The notes: generated by a model not told the origin, from the sequence alone. 64,000 nucleotides of DNA from Candidatus Spongiisociaceae bacterium (GCA_965262915.1 OZ253564.1:96001-160000); one strand, 5' to 3'; positions 37,914 to 48,246 are shown, counted from the stretch's first letter. A program made the numbers and translations.

Positions 37914-39125
37914 ATGGTGACTGAATACGACGTGGCGATCATAGGTGGCGGCATTGTGGGCCTTGCGACCGCGGTGGAACTGACGGAGCGGTTTCCTGGT
38001 CGGCAGTTCGCCGTGCTGGAGAAGGAACCGCGGGTCGCCGAGCACCAGTCGGGGCGCAATAGCGGGGTCATCCACTCCGGGCTTTACTACCGCCCCGGGT
38101 CGCTGAGGGCGGCCCTCTGCCGGGAGGGGATCGGTCGCCTGACCCGGTTCTGTGAGGAGCGCGGCGTCGATTACACGCGCAACGGGAAGGTCGTCGTGGC
38201 GACGAGCGAAGGGCAACTGCCGGCGCTCGCCGAACTCGAGCGTCGCGGCCTCGCCAACGGCCTCCGCGGACTGAGGCGTATCGGCCCTGAGGAGCTTCGG
38301 GAGATCGAACCGCACGCTGCCGGTATCGCGGCTCTCCACGTGCCCGAGACCGGGGCCGTCGACTTCGCCGCGGTGTGCCGGGCACTGGCCGGCATCCTCC
38401 GAGAGCGTGGCACGACGATCTCGACCTCGTTTTGTGTCGAAAATATCGATGTCGCCCGATCCCATGTCACGGTCGAGGGATCTCGCCGGTCCGTCACGGC
38501 ACGCGCAATCGTCAATTGTGGCGGGCTCTACAGCGATCACCTGGCAAGGGCGGCAGGCGTCGAGCCGGGGGTTCGCATCGTCCCGTTTCGGGGCGAGTAC
38601 TACGACATCACCGGTCCCAGCGCCGAACTCGTCCTGTCGTCGATCTATCCCGTTCCTGACCCGAAGTTGCCTTTCCTGGGCGTCCATCTCACCCGGTCGG
38701 CCGATGGCTCGGTGCATGCAGGGCCCAACGCGGTGCCCGCCCTAGCCCGTGAGGGATACCGCTGGGCAACGGTGCAACCCCGGGAGCTGTTCGAATGGTT
38801 GACCTACCCCGGTTTCCTGAGGCTGGCAGCCAGGCACTGGCGGTCCGGCGTCGCCGAGATCCTCCGATCGGCGAGCCGGAGTCGCTTTACCCGCTCGGCA
38901 AGGGATCTTGTGCCGGAACTCGATCCGAAAGACCTCCGACGAGGAAGGCCCGGAGTTCGGGCTCAGGCCATCACCCGCTCCGGCGGGCTCCACGACGACT
39001 TCCTCATCCAGTCCGGCGCCCGCTCCGTCCATGTGCTGAACGCCCCATCGCCGGCGGCGACATCGTCGCTGGCCATCGGAGCACGCATCGCCGATCAGGT
39101 ACAACAAGTAATCGGGCTTGCGTGA
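37914..39125 (+). CDS. lhgO: L-2-hydroxyglutarate oxidase-like FAD oxidoreductase
   Basis: GGGIVG, HQSGRNSGVIHSG, IYPVPDP..PFLGVH, GVRAQA, NAPSPAATSSLAIG. Confidence 0.88.
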   Translation: MVTEYDVAIIGGGIVGLATAVELTERFPGRQFAVLEKEPRVAEHQSGRNSGVIHSGLYYRPGSLRAALCREGIGRLTRFCEERGVDYTRNGKVVVATSEGQLPALAELERRGLANGLRGLRRIGPEELREIEPHAAGIAALHVPETGAVDFAAVCRALAGILRERGTTISTSFCVENIDVARSHVTVEGSRRSVTARAIVNCGGLYSDHLARAAGVEPGVRIVPFRGEYYDITGPSAELVLSSIYPVPDPKLPFLGVHLTRSADGSVHAGPNAVPALAREGYRWATVQPRELFEWLTYPGFLRLAARHWRSGVAEILRSASRSRFTRSARDLVPELDPKDLRRGRPGVRAQAITRSGGLHDDFLIQSGARSVHVLNAPSPAATSSLAIGARIADQVQQVIGLA

Positions 39126-39339
39126 CCAGAACCCGTGCGGTAGAGCTGACCGATACCACTGGCAACCCCCACGACGTGTTCTTCCAGTCGGTACCAACTT
39201 GCATCGGATACCGAAACGGTCGGCAGAAACTGAGACACCACTTGCAGCACCTACGTTCGGGAGCGAAATGGCGGTCTGCCACACCGGCAAAGCGCCTCAC
39301 CTGAACTCCCCGAGAAGTGCGTTCGGGGCATGGAGCCGG

Positions 39340-39685
39340 GCGGCTGAGGTCCGCCGCCGACGGCGGGGATAGACCCGGCCCCGGTCGGCCTCGACTACAT
39401 CGCCACTCATGGCGAGCTGGAGCCGGCCGAGTCCGTCGTGGAACGGCGAGGAAAATCGTGATCGTCGGCAGTAGCGGTGGGGCGCTGCCGGCGGGCATCG
39501 AGGCGACCCTTTACGAGGCCTGCGTCACCACCTCCATCATGGGATCCTGCTTCGATGTGGCAACGGTTCCGGACCATGCGCAACGAGGAAATGTCGAATG
39601 CCACATCGAGGAGATCCGCCTCGAAGACACCACCTCGGCTTTCGACCCCTTACGTTCGGGTGCGGTGCTGGTCGGCCGATGGTGA
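39340..39685 (+). pseudogene. Degenerate copy of the alcohol dehydrogenase 3' end
   Basis: IVIVG..GG...YE..VTTSIMGS..DVA.V.DHAQRG..ECH.EE..LED matches the C-terminus of 36857-37792; frameshifted. Confidence 0.8.
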
Positions 39686-39788
39686 GCATCGGCTGATACA
39701 CTCGGCAATCCGTCGCAGACCAACAGAGTTGGCGGGCGAAGCCCGGCGCCCATAGGACTTCGCCGTTTCCCTACCTGTGGAGTAGGCA

Positions 39789-40646
39789 ATGTCAGTAGAC
39801 CAGCAGACCGTCAAGGACTCACCGGCGGGAGGTGGGGCGCCGCCATCACGGACCCTACGGATTTCGGCCCGCACCCTCAAGACACTGGTCGTCCCGGCCG
39901 TAGCCGCCGTGATCTGGGTGGCACTCACAGAACTGACCGATATCCGTGAGGTCTTCCTACCGTCTCCATACCGTATCGGCAAGGTTGCGTGGGCCATTCG
40001 GGAGGAGCTGCTAACCGGGTTTTTAATATCTATGCAGATGATCCTCGGAGGCCTCCTTATCGGTGGCGCGCTGGGGATCATCGCCGGCCTGATATTCGGG
40101 TTGAGCCGGCATGCTCGCGATTTTTTCGAGGGCCCGGTGGACCTGATCCGCCCGGTTCCCCTCTTTGCCCTGATACCTCTCTTCATTCTCTGGTTCGGCA
40201 TAGGTAAGGCTCCGCAGATAGCCCTCGTATCGCTTGGCGTTTTCCTGCTCCTGTCGATCGTCACTATCGAGGCCATTCGTAGCGTCTCACCGGTTTATGT
40301 AAGGGCTGCGCTGACGCTCGGCGCCACCCGGAGGGACGTGTACAAGACGATTGTCGTCCCTGCGATCAGCCCCCACCTGATCGCAGGGATACGGCTTGCC
40401 GCTGCGTACTCATTCGGCCTGGACGTGGCGGCTGAGTACAGCGGCTCTCAAACAGGACTGGGCTACATAATGCTCATCCGCGGTTCCTACCTGGACACTC
40501 CGGGGGTAGTACTGATCGTGATCATCTTCGGGATTCTCGCCATCATCTTCGATCAGATCATCAAGGCCTTTTTCCGGCATGCCACAAGATGGAGCCCACG
40601 CACCCGCCGCACCGGAATAGTGAGTGATATGCTCGGAAAATCGTGA
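39789..40646 (+). CDS. TauC/SsuC-type ABC permease
   Basis: LPSP, IRPVPLFALIPLFILWFG, RAALTLGA, AAEY. Confidence 0.9.
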   Translation: MSVDQQTVKDSPAGGGAPPSRTLRISARTLKTLVVPAVAAVIWVALTELTDIREVFLPSPYRIGKVAWAIREELLTGFLISMQMILGGLLIGGALGIIAGLIFGLSRHARDFFEGPVDLIRPVPLFALIPLFILWFGIGKAPQIALVSLGVFLLLSIVTIEAIRSVSPVYVRAALTLGATRRDVYKTIVVPAISPHLIAGIRLAAAYSFGLDVAAEYSGSQTGLGYIMLIRGSYLDTPGVVLIVIIFGILAIIFDQIIKAFFRHATRWSPRTRRTGIVSDMLGKS

Positions 40647-40683
40647 CGTAGACATGAAACCGAACAAAGAAGGAGGAGACAAG

Positions 40684-41874
40684 ATGCGGTATGCGAGGTG
40701 GACGGCAGTCGCTCTCGTTCTGGCGTTGGTCGCCGTGGCATGCGCCGATGACGAGGAGCCGACGACCACGACAGTAGCGGCGACAGCAGCACCGACAACA
40801 GCGGCGCCGGCCATGTTGAGTGACGGCATCGACGGGGAGATCGTCAAGGTTCGGGTGGCCGAAGGTGTGTCCTACGACGACGAACCGTGGATATGGGCAG
40901 ACGAGTTCGGGATCGACACCGACCTGGGAATCGATATCGAGATCATCAAGTTCACTGACTTCCCCCTCCAGGGACTGATCGGCGGGGATTTCGACATGAT
41001 GTTCTCATGCCAGGTCTGCGTCGCGTCGTCGTGGCAGAACTTCCCGGAGTACCGGGACTTCATGATCACCAACCAGTTCAAGGGCTTCATCCTGGTCGGC
41101 AGACCTGGAATGAAGACGTGGTTTGACTTTGTCGAGGAACTCGGAGGCGATGAGCAGGCGGCCACGGAGGCCTTCATCCAATCTCTCGAAGGCATGACCC
41201 TGCCCGTGTGGGATGCCGGCGACATCGCGCTCGTTGAAGCCATGATGAACCAGGGCGGCCTCACCGCTGACGATCTGAACCGGATCGGCTTCCCCGACCT
41301 GCCCAAGGCGGGGCTGGCGTTCATGGCAGGCGAGGGCGACATCTACTTCGGCACGCTGTCACAGGTGGCCCGGATGGTCTACGACCCGGAGACGGCGAAG
41401 GACTTCGTCGTGGCGGCGCCGTTCAACGCGTTCGGTCCGGGCGGGCTGTGGTTCAGCACCATGGGAACCACCCAGACCTTCCTCGACGCGAATCCGGAAG
41501 CAGCTCTGCGGTCGGTCGCGGCTTTCTATCGCGCCGTGCGTTACCTGCACGAGAAGCCGGACGCCGTCATCCCGCTGGTAGACGACAACGTGGCGATAGC
41601 CACCGGCGGAACTCTGGGAACCACCACCACCCTTGAGATCATGACCAACCTGAACTACTTCCCGACGGCCGAAGACGCCAAGCGCGACTTCTTCACCGCC
41701 GGATCGCCGCTCGACAACGAGACATCGATCGGGTTCCTGTTCGACAGGGGGGTAGCAGCAGGCGAGTACAGCGCTGATGACGACTGGCGTACCTTCCAGG
41801 TCTCGGGTGAGTGGCTCGACAAGCTGCTGGCCCGGCCGGACCTGATGGAATACGTGAACTCACCACTCGACTGA
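40684..41874 (+). CDS. TauA/SsuA/NMT1-like substrate-binding lipoprotein
   Basis: Lipobox VAC, Thr/Ala linker, follows the permease; paralog of 59027-60394. Confidence 0.8.
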   Translation: MRYARWTAVALVLALVAVACADDEEPTTTTVAATAAPTTAAPAMLSDGIDGEIVKVRVAEGVSYDDEPWIWADEFGIDTDLGIDIEIIKFTDFPLQGLIGGDFDMMFSCQVCVASSWQNFPEYRDFMITNQFKGFILVGRPGMKTWFDFVEELGGDEQAATEAFIQSLEGMTLPVWDAGDIALVEAMMNQGGLTADDLNRIGFPDLPKAGLAFMAGEGDIYFGTLSQVARMVYDPETAKDFVVAAPFNAFGPGGLWFSTMGTTQTFLDANPEAALRSVAAFYRAVRYLHEKPDAVIPLVDDNVAIATGGTLGTTTTLEIMTNLNYFPTAEDAKRDFFTAGSPLDNETSIGFLFDRGVAAGEYSADDDWRTFQVSGEWLDKLLARPDLMEYVNSPLD

Positions 41875-41917
41875 GTTAAGGACCCGACCGGCAGCGCAGC
41901 CGGTCGCTTCGACTCGA

Positions 41918-41954
41918 AGGATGGCGTTCGGCTTCGCGGGCCGAGCGCCATCCT
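41918..41954. terminator. Stem-loop between convergent genes
   Basis: aggatggcgttcggc...gccgagcgccatcct followed by atttgt. Confidence 0.6.
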
Positions 41955-42177
41955 ATTTGTATGAAGACATGCGTGCAGACCGACGGAATCGCAGCGGCGG
42001 ACCGATTGCACTGTCTGGTCCAGTTGTGGTGACCGGACACCACCTTGCACACCTTCAAGTTCCCCCGTGTGGTGTTGAACCAACATCGGGATGTCTTCCT
42101 GCATCGCTTTCCCGTTTCAGCCGGTACAGCGGTCGAAACGGCCATGCCCGGACCCATGCGGATGATCTGCTCAGCTG

Positions 42178-43245
42178 TCAGGCAGGTGACTCTGCGGCGA
42201 GAGTCAACACCCGCCGTGGGTTGTCGATCAAGATCTTGTTGATGACGTCACGGGCAACGCCATCCCTGCTCAGCGCGGGGATGATCACGTTCATGATGTG
42301 GTCGTAGCCGGGTCCCCCGAAGCCGGACAGTCTCGACTTGAGCCCGATGTCGTGGGAGAAGAGCAACTGATCTTCATGACCCTCGGAGATCATCCACTCG
42401 ACGGCTCCGACGCGATCACCGTCGGAGACGTATACCCCTTCGGTAGGGCATGGGTGTCCGAACCCGTCGAGTTCGAAGAAGGTGCCGTACTCGGCAACCC
42501 GCTTCATGTAGCGGCGGTCGTGGGTGGTCAGATCCATGTGGCCGGCGATCACTCTGGTGGGATGGACACCCATCTCTTTGATCAGCAGATCCAGGATATC
42601 GGGCATCAGCCTCAGTTCATGTAGCGCGTGAATCTGGATCGCGGCACCCGTAGCGTGGTGGGTGATGGCGGCGGCTCTCAAGACCTTCCACTCAGAGGCA
42701 GGGATCGGATCCGATGTCCCGATCTCCCCGATCAGCCCGCAACGAATATCGGTGCCATCCGCACCCTCGGTTATATCCCGGATCATGCCCTCCGCGAGGT
42801 CATGATCCGTCATCGAATCCACGTACCAGGGCTGGGCATCGTCGACGTAGTACCCGGTACCGGAGATGATGTTCATCCCGACATCATCGGCAATCTTCCT
42901 CAACCCCCATACATCCCTGCCGAGGCCGAGGTCCGAGGAGTCCACAACAGTTCGGCCCAGCGCCATTTTGAATCGCCTGATCTCCATTGCAGTGAGATAC
43001 CAGTCGGTGTTGATCAGGTTGTCTCGGTTGTGGTACGGGAACTGCCGGAGCAAGGCCGCGTTCCGGGCGGTTACCGGCGCGTACGAGTCGGATCCCAGGC
43101 CGCGATGGTTCTCCTCCAGGAACCACATGAGGCACGTGAACAGCAGATGCTCGTGCATGAGGGTGATTCCGAGTTGGTCGGGCTCGATGGGTCCGTTGAC
43201 GGTGATTACCTTGCCTTGGTCTCTCACGGCAACCTCCCTCGCCAT
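42178..43245 (-). CDS. Phosphotriesterase-family metallohydrolase, copy 2 (close paralog of copy 1)
   Basis: Long identical stretches with 31027-32073, e.g. TLMHEHLLFTCLMWFL and GADGTDIRCGLIGEIGTSDP. Confidence 0.9.
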   Translation of the reverse strand: MAREVAVRDQGKVITVNGPIEPDQLGITLMHEHLLFTCLMWFLEENHRGLGSDSYAPVTARNAALLRQFPYHNRDNLINTDWYLTAMEIRRFKMALGRTVVDSSDLGLGRDVWGLRKIADDVGMNIISGTGYYVDDAQPWYVDSMTDHDLAEGMIRDITEGADGTDIRCGLIGEIGTSDPIPASEWKVLRAAAITHHATGAAIQIHALHELRLMPDILDLLIKEMGVHPTRVIAGHMDLTTHDRRYMKRVAEYGTFFELDGFGHPCPTEGVYVSDGDRVGAVEWMISEGHEDQLLFSHDIGLKSRLSGFGGPGYDHIMNVIIPALSRDGVARDVINKILIDNPRRVLTLAAESPA

Positions 43246-43373
43246 ATCCTGCCGACACTAGACCGCGCCATCGGACCTACCAACCTACATACAAACACGC
43301 AGGGGGCGGGCCCGCGGTTTGATGGGGGAGTCTCTCGGAGTCTCCCTCGCGACGGCGACCCGAGGCGACTCCC

Positions 43374-43491
43374 TAGGAGAGCGATGGGAAACCCCCGTGC
43401 AAGAGGGGTTCGCTCGCTAGTCCACAACGCTCAGACGAGGTAGTTTGCCAACCAACGAACCTCGCAAGGCTCGTTTTTCAGCACCCTCCTA
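43374..43491. mobile_element. MITE-like element, family B (second copy)
   Basis: taggagagcgatgggaaacccccg...gtttttcagcaccctccta. Confidence 0.55.
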
Positions 43492-43675
43492 CAGCACTTC
43501 TGCCAGGACCGCTCGGGCCTCGGCCAGGGTTATGGGATGGTAGGGGTCCTTGGCGATGAACTCCCTCATCTGGGTGATGGTGAAGCCGTCGCCGCCATAG
43601 TCCCGCTCGGCGGGGGTCAGTTCCTGCGGTTCCATAATCGCTCCGGGTGGGTGGGTCGCAACGAACTCCATCGAC
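43489..43675 (-). repeat. 187-bp direct repeat: displaced 3' end of the gene at 44318-45127
   Basis: Near-identical to 44318-44504; encodes SMEFVATH...AVLAEVL*. Confidence 0.92.
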
Positions 43676-43718
43676 CGACTATCACTACCGACCACCACTA
43701 GGTACTATCCTAGGCTTC

Positions 43719-43949
43719 ATGGCTTCGACTCCTGTCCCGTCTGGCGATACCACTGATCGTCTCACTAATGCCGAGTGGGATTCGGTCTTCGGCCGTTGCC
43801 TCGATCAGGGCTTCGTCGGCGACTTCGACCCTGCCGAGGAAACCGAGGAGATTCTCGAGGACCCGGTATGGGTGGAACTCTTGGAAGAGGCCGAACGTGA
43901 CATGGCCGACGGTAAGGGCGTGCCCATGCTGAGGACAGCGGAGCATTGA
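43719..43949 (+). CDS. Putative antitoxin (acidic)
   Basis: EETEEILEDPVWVELLEEAERDMADG resembles Phd/YefM C-termini; upstream of a RelE-like gene. Confidence 0.65.
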   Translation: MASTPVPSGDTTDRLTNAEWDSVFGRCLDQGFVGDFDPAEETEEILEDPVWVELLEEAERDMADGKGVPMLRTAEH

Positions 43950-43952
43950 TCC

Positions 43953-44222
43953 TTGCACGAGGTCGTCTGGGCACCACGCGCCCATAAGCAACGAGCAAAG
44001 CTATCTGCTCGATCCCGACGCCTCGCAGATGAACGGATCCGAGAACTAGCATCGGGTCCCGAAAACGTAGGCAAGAAACTGAGAGGGCGCTTACAACACC
44101 TGCGTTCGGCCCGCCTGGGAAGACATGCACGGATCGTCTACGAGATCGATAAGGCCCACCGGACGGTCAAGATCATGGCCATAGACACAAGAGGCGACGT
44201 ATACAAGCGCCTCGGAGGGTGA
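43953..44222 (+). CDS. RelE/ParE family toxin
   Basis: Basic 89 aa; GKKLRGRL..LRSARLG...RIVYEID....V.IMAIDTRGDVYK. Confidence 0.85.
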   Translation: MHEVVWAPRAHKQRAKLSARSRRLADERIRELASGPENVGKKLRGRLQHLRSARLGRHARIVYEIDKAHRTVKIMAIDTRGDVYKRLGG

Positions 44223-44317
44223 CAAGAGCCGCGCCTGCCCTCTCACATCGGAGAGGCAGGGGTCGCCTATCACCCTTAACCCCCGACTATCGAGGCTGAA
44301 GCCCGGCGGCGCCATCC

Positions 44318-45127
44318 CTACAGCACTTCCGCGAGGACCGCTCGGGCCTCGCTCAGGGTTACGGGATGGTAGGGGTCCTTGGCGATGAACTCCCTCATCT
44401 GGGTGATGGTGAAGCCGTCGCCGCCATAGTCCCGCTCGGCGGGGGTCAGTTCCTGCGGTTCCAGGATGGCTCCGGGTGTGTGGGTCGCAACGAACTCCAT
44501 CGACTTGGTGCCCGGAGGGGCGTAACCGATCCACATCGAACCGATATCGGGTCTGGCGAGGTAGTAGGGTTCCACCTCTCCATAACCGGCGTCCTCGATC
44601 ACAGCGTTGCAGCGCTCGGCCAAGTCGTAGGGGTGTATCTCGGTGAGCAGGTAGTCGTGGAAGTGCTCGATGTCGGGATCCCGCATCTTTGCGAGCATCT
44701 GCTTCCAGTGTTCGGAGGCGAAGTACCGGTCGATAACGTCATGATCCGAGTCGGTCATCCGCCGCGGTGCCACATCGTCGAGGTAGGACTGCTCGCCGTC
44801 GTCGTCCAGAAGGACGGTCCTGCCGTCGGGATCCGGCCCGATCAGCGATTCGTCACCGTATGTCCACATCAGGAAGAACGAGGGACGGTCCGCGGTGTAG
44901 TACTTGACTAGGCCCCTGTTGCCCACCACGGCATGGCCCACGTTGACGACGTTCTTCCCGACCGCCGCCAGGTACCGGTCGAAGAGGAACTCCAGGGTCA
45001 CCGGATGGATACTGGTCGCCAGCATCACCTCGTGCAGGGTTATGTCGGACCGGTGCATCAACTCGATGTTCTCCGCCCAGTAGTCGGAACGGAAGAAGGT
45101 GATCAGCTCTTCGACAGTCGATGTCAT
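44318..45127 (-). CDS. Hypothetical protein with internal two-fold repeat (paralog of 28532-29347)
   Basis: FFRSDYW...TSIHPVTLEFLF; YFASEHW...EHFHDYLLTEIHPYDL; LARPD, HTPG. Confidence 0.8.
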   Translation of the reverse strand: MTSTVEELITFFRSDYWAENIELMHRSDITLHEVMLATSIHPVTLEFLFDRYLAAVGKNVVNVGHAVVGNRGLVKYYTADRPSFFLMWTYGDESLIGPDPDGRTVLLDDDGEQSYLDDVAPRRMTDSDHDVIDRYFASEHWKQMLAKMRDPDIEHFHDYLLTEIHPYDLAERCNAVIEDAGYGEVEPYYLARPDIGSMWIGYAPPGTKSMEFVATHTPGAILEPQELTPAERDYGGDGFTITQMREFIAKDPYHPVTLSEARAVLAEVL

Positions 45128-45147
45128 CACAACAACTCCTCGTTTGT

Positions 45148-45242
45148 GTGGTCTGCCTGCAAAATAACTTGGCGTGCTCTGGTTGCCATCGACGCCCCTC
45201 GCTGCCGGCGCATACCACGCCGCCGATTCACAGACGGACCAC
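45148..45242. mobile_element. MITE-like element, family A (internally deleted copy)
   Basis: gtggtctgcctgcaaaa...ttcacagacggaccac; lacks the central hairpin of 21530-21692. Confidence 0.7.
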
Positions 45243-45251
45243 TAGATTCGG

Positions 45252-46469
45252 TCAGTCCCCGGTCATCAACTTGTCCAGGATGGCCGGTCCCGGGTTGACG
45301 AGTTCCTCGCCCGGAATCCGGCCCGACATTACCCCGGGCCACTTCGGTCCGGCGCCCGTTATGCAGCACACCACGAAGTCTCCGGGCTCGATCACACCCT
45401 GATCGAACAACTTCCAGGCTCCGGCGAGGGAGGCGGCCGACGCCGGTTCGGGGCTCACCCCCACCCGGGCCGCCCGACCGACAGCCTCCACGATCGCCTC
45501 GTCCGTGACCTCGACCGCCGTACCCTCCGAGTCACGGATAGCTTGGAGGGCGATCCGCCCACCCGTGTCATCAGCGATCGAGAGCGCCACGGTGTCGGGA
45601 CCGGGGTGGACCGGGACATCGTCCAAGCCCTGGTCTATAGCCTCCACAATCGGGTTGGCACCCGTCGCCTGGACCCCGTGCATGCGGGGAAGGGACTTGG
45701 TGAGTCCGAGGCGGTAGAGCTCCTGGAAGCCCTTCCATGGACCGTAGAGCCCGTCGCCGGCCGCCACCGGGAACAGGTAATGGTCCGGAGCCCTGCTCAG
45801 GGCCAGCACCGCGTCGTACGCCATGGTCTTGTACCCCTCCACTCCGTAAGGTGTCGCGACCGGCATGGGGGTCATGTACGTCGATGGATACCAGCCGTGC
45901 TCCTCGACGAAGGCTTGGAGAGGAGGTTTGCGGTTCATCTCCACGATCACGGTCGCCCCGAACAGGCGCATCCATTCCCTCTGGACCGTAGGGGCCCTCG
46001 GATCGGCCAGCACCACGCAGCGCATTCCGGCTCGGGCCGCGTACGCGGCGGCGCTCATCCCGTGGTTCCCGGTGGTGGAGCACACCACCCGATCGAACCC
46101 GAGCTGGCGCGCCATCGATATTGAAACTGAGTGGAAGCGGTCCTTGAAGGCGTAGGTCGGGTTGACGGTCTCGTTCTGCAGGTAGAGGAAGGGAAGGGGG
46201 TTCTCGTCGGTCCTGGGAACCCGGATCATCGGTGTCCCACCCTCGCCCAGGGTGACTCTCTCCTCACCTGCCCTGAGCGGGAGCAGTTCGGAGTATCGCC
46301 ATACCGACGCCGACCGCCGGGCCCACCTCTCCAGTGACACGACCGAGCGGATCGCCGCCTCCTTGTAAACCACCTCGAGGGCGTCGTGGCACTCGGGACA
46401 ACCCCGGAAGTAGGGGCCCAGGTCGTACTCGGCCCGGCACCTCGTGCAGCGCAGGCCCCGAGCGAACAT
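45252..46469 (-). CDS. Threonine synthase-like fold-type II PLP enzyme
   Basis: CxxC...CxxC, TLGEGGTP, NPTYAFKDR, STTGNHG, EGYKT, EPASAA. Confidence 0.88.
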   Translation of the reverse strand: MFARGLRCTRCRAEYDLGPYFRGCPECHDALEVVYKEAAIRSVVSLERWARRSASVWRYSELLPLRAGEERVTLGEGGTPMIRVPRTDENPLPFLYLQNETVNPTYAFKDRFHSVSISMARQLGFDRVVCSTTGNHGMSAAAYAARAGMRCVVLADPRAPTVQREWMRLFGATVIVEMNRKPPLQAFVEEHGWYPSTYMTPMPVATPYGVEGYKTMAYDAVLALSRAPDHYLFPVAAGDGLYGPWKGFQELYRLGLTKSLPRMHGVQATGANPIVEAIDQGLDDVPVHPGPDTVALSIADDTGGRIALQAIRDSEGTAVEVTDEAIVEAVGRAARVGVSPEPASAASLAGAWKLFDQGVIEPGDFVVCCITGAGPKWPGVMSGRIPGEELVNPGPAILDKLMTGD

Positions 46470-46530
46470 GTCTCAGCCCCCCACCCGGACGGGAGCGGTG
46501 GTCACGGAACGATGGCGGCTATCGGGCCCC

Positions 46531-47481
46531 TCAACCCGCGGCGGTCGCCCACGGCTCGACATTGATTCCGTCGTCGCCGAGGGTCAGCACAGCGTCGGAC
46601 GAGAAGGCGTCGATCGGGGTCTCCTGGCCGGCATACTCTTCCAGCCAGGGGGTGCGGTAGCCGTCCTCCGACCAGAGCACCGGGAAGAAGTTGTCGTCAA
46701 AGGTCTGCTGGCCCGGGGCGAAGTAGCGGCTGTAGGCACGGTGCCGGATGCGGGGATGGTGCGTGGACGTGGCCGGGATCATATGGACGCTGTAGGACCG
46801 CCGTATGTTGCCGGCCCGGGTGTTAGGTCCGCTCCCGTGCCATATCCAACCGGTGTGGAAGGCAGCCGAACCAGCGCCGAAGACCAGGGGAACCAGTTCG
46901 ACCTTCTCGCCCTCGGGCGCGAACTGCTGTACGTAGTCGGTCCATCCATCCATGGTTTCGCGGCTGATCTGGGTGGTGCCCGGCGCCGGTTGCGGCCCCC
47001 ACTTGTGGCTCCCCCGTACGTAGACGAGGGTCCCCCCGTCGGCGTACGTGTCGTCGAGAGCGATCCAGCAGGTCCAGTTCCACACTGGGTCGACCCAGCA
47101 CATGAAGGCCGCATCCTGGTGGATGTCGAACGGCTTTCCGCCCTCCGGCTTGTACATGGCGACATCGGCCCACAGACGCGCACTCGAGGCGCCTTCCAAC
47201 TGGCACGCCAGCTTGCCGAAGGGACCACTGAAGGTGTGCTTGGCCACCACCGGGTCGGCCCGCCACAGGCCGGCCAGCACCCGGTGGGCATCCTCGGGGT
47301 CCCGACCCTTCTGCCAGTAGTACTCGTCCGGCCAATTGACCAGGTCGTGCTGCCCATCGAAGATACGGTCGTACCGCTCCCGGAGTTCCATGACCGCGTC
47401 CATGTCGATCAGGTTCTCCACGATCAGGAACCCGTCGTCACGGTATTGCTGGATCTGCGCGTCCGTGAACTGCTCAATCAT
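46531..47481 (-). CDS. PhyH-family Fe(II)/2-oxoglutarate dioxygenase
   Basis: QYRDDGFL, HQD, TCWIALDD, WHGSGPN; start MIEQFTD after RBS ggagg. Confidence 0.9.
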   Translation of the reverse strand: MIEQFTDAQIQQYRDDGFLIVENLIDMDAVMELRERYDRIFDGQHDLVNWPDEYYWQKGRDPEDAHRVLAGLWRADPVVAKHTFSGPFGKLACQLEGASSARLWADVAMYKPEGGKPFDIHQDAAFMCWVDPVWNWTCWIALDDTYADGGTLVYVRGSHKWGPQPAPGTTQISRETMDGWTDYVQQFAPEGEKVELVPLVFGAGSAAFHTGWIWHGSGPNTRAGNIRRSYSVHMIPATSTHHPRIRHRAYSRYFAPGQQTFDDNFFPVLWSEDGYRTPWLEEYAGQETPIDAFSSDAVLTLGDDGINVEPWATAAG

Positions 47482-47687
47482 TTGCCGACCTCCCGGGACC
47501 GTCGCCGCTCGCGAACTATACCCACCCAACTGCTGATGGGGTATCGACACGGTGCCAAGTCCTTCCAGGGTCAGGGACTCATGCCCGATCCTCACCGGCA
47601 CAACAGAGGCGATTGCCCTGTGGAGGCAAGAACACGCCAGTAATCAAGGCTTCGACACCGAGGACCCGGCAAGGAATAGCCACTCGA

Positions 47688-47955
47688 CTATCCGAACAAG
47701 TCGGAATGGGTGCCGGTTCGCACCAAGGTCAGCAAGTCACCCTCACATCCCCAGATCAGCAACCAGTCCGGTTCAATGTGGCACTCCCAGCAAGAGGACC
47801 AGGTCCCGGACAGGCGATGTTGCCTGTGGCGGAACTCAAGGCGCTGTCCTGCCGACAGCCGCTCCACGACGGCTCATAGTGTGCTCAGATCCTTGTTTCG
47901 CCTGAACAACGGGTTTGAGATCCTTCTCGAATCTACTTGTAGCGCGCAGCCGCAT
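47688..47955 (-). pseudogene. yafQ: YafQ toxin pseudogene
   Basis: MRLRATSRFEKDLK, a frameshift, an in-frame TGA, then HRLSG.W...WECHIEPDWLLIW...LVRTGTHSDLFG*. Confidence 0.85.
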
Positions 47956-47958
47956 GAA

Positions 47959-48216
47959 TTACTCGAACCCGGCTTTGAGTTCCTCCAAACTGGCATGCTC
48001 CGTGAGGCCCTCCCCGTCGCGCGCCTGCCGCAAAGCCTGCAGGGTCTCGGTGTTCGGGATCTTCACTGCAAACGGCAAGCCCTTCTGCAAGGTCACCTGC
48101 TTGTAGAACAGCGTGATCGCCTGCGTTACGGAAAGGCCTAACTGTGAGAACAGTTCCTCCGCCTGCAACTTGAGCTGTGGTTCGATTCGAGCGCGGATAG
48201 TTTCGGTCTTAGCCAT
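47959..48216 (-). CDS. dinJ: RelB/DinJ family antitoxin
   Basis: IRARIEP.LK..AE.LF..LGLS...AI.LF.KQV....GLPF...IPN.ET. Confidence 0.9.
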   Translation of the reverse strand: MAKTETIRARIEPQLKLQAEELFSQLGLSVTQAITLFYKQVTLQKGLPFAVKIPNTETLQALRQARDGEGLTEHASLEELKAGFE

Positions 48217-48246
48217 TCAGGTACTCCGCAAATCGTGATTAGGCAA

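Noticed and set aside
41955-42177. Small ORFs between the binding protein and phosphotriesterase copy 2
   Set aside because: No recognisable motifs or RBS; probably non-coding or a decayed fragment.
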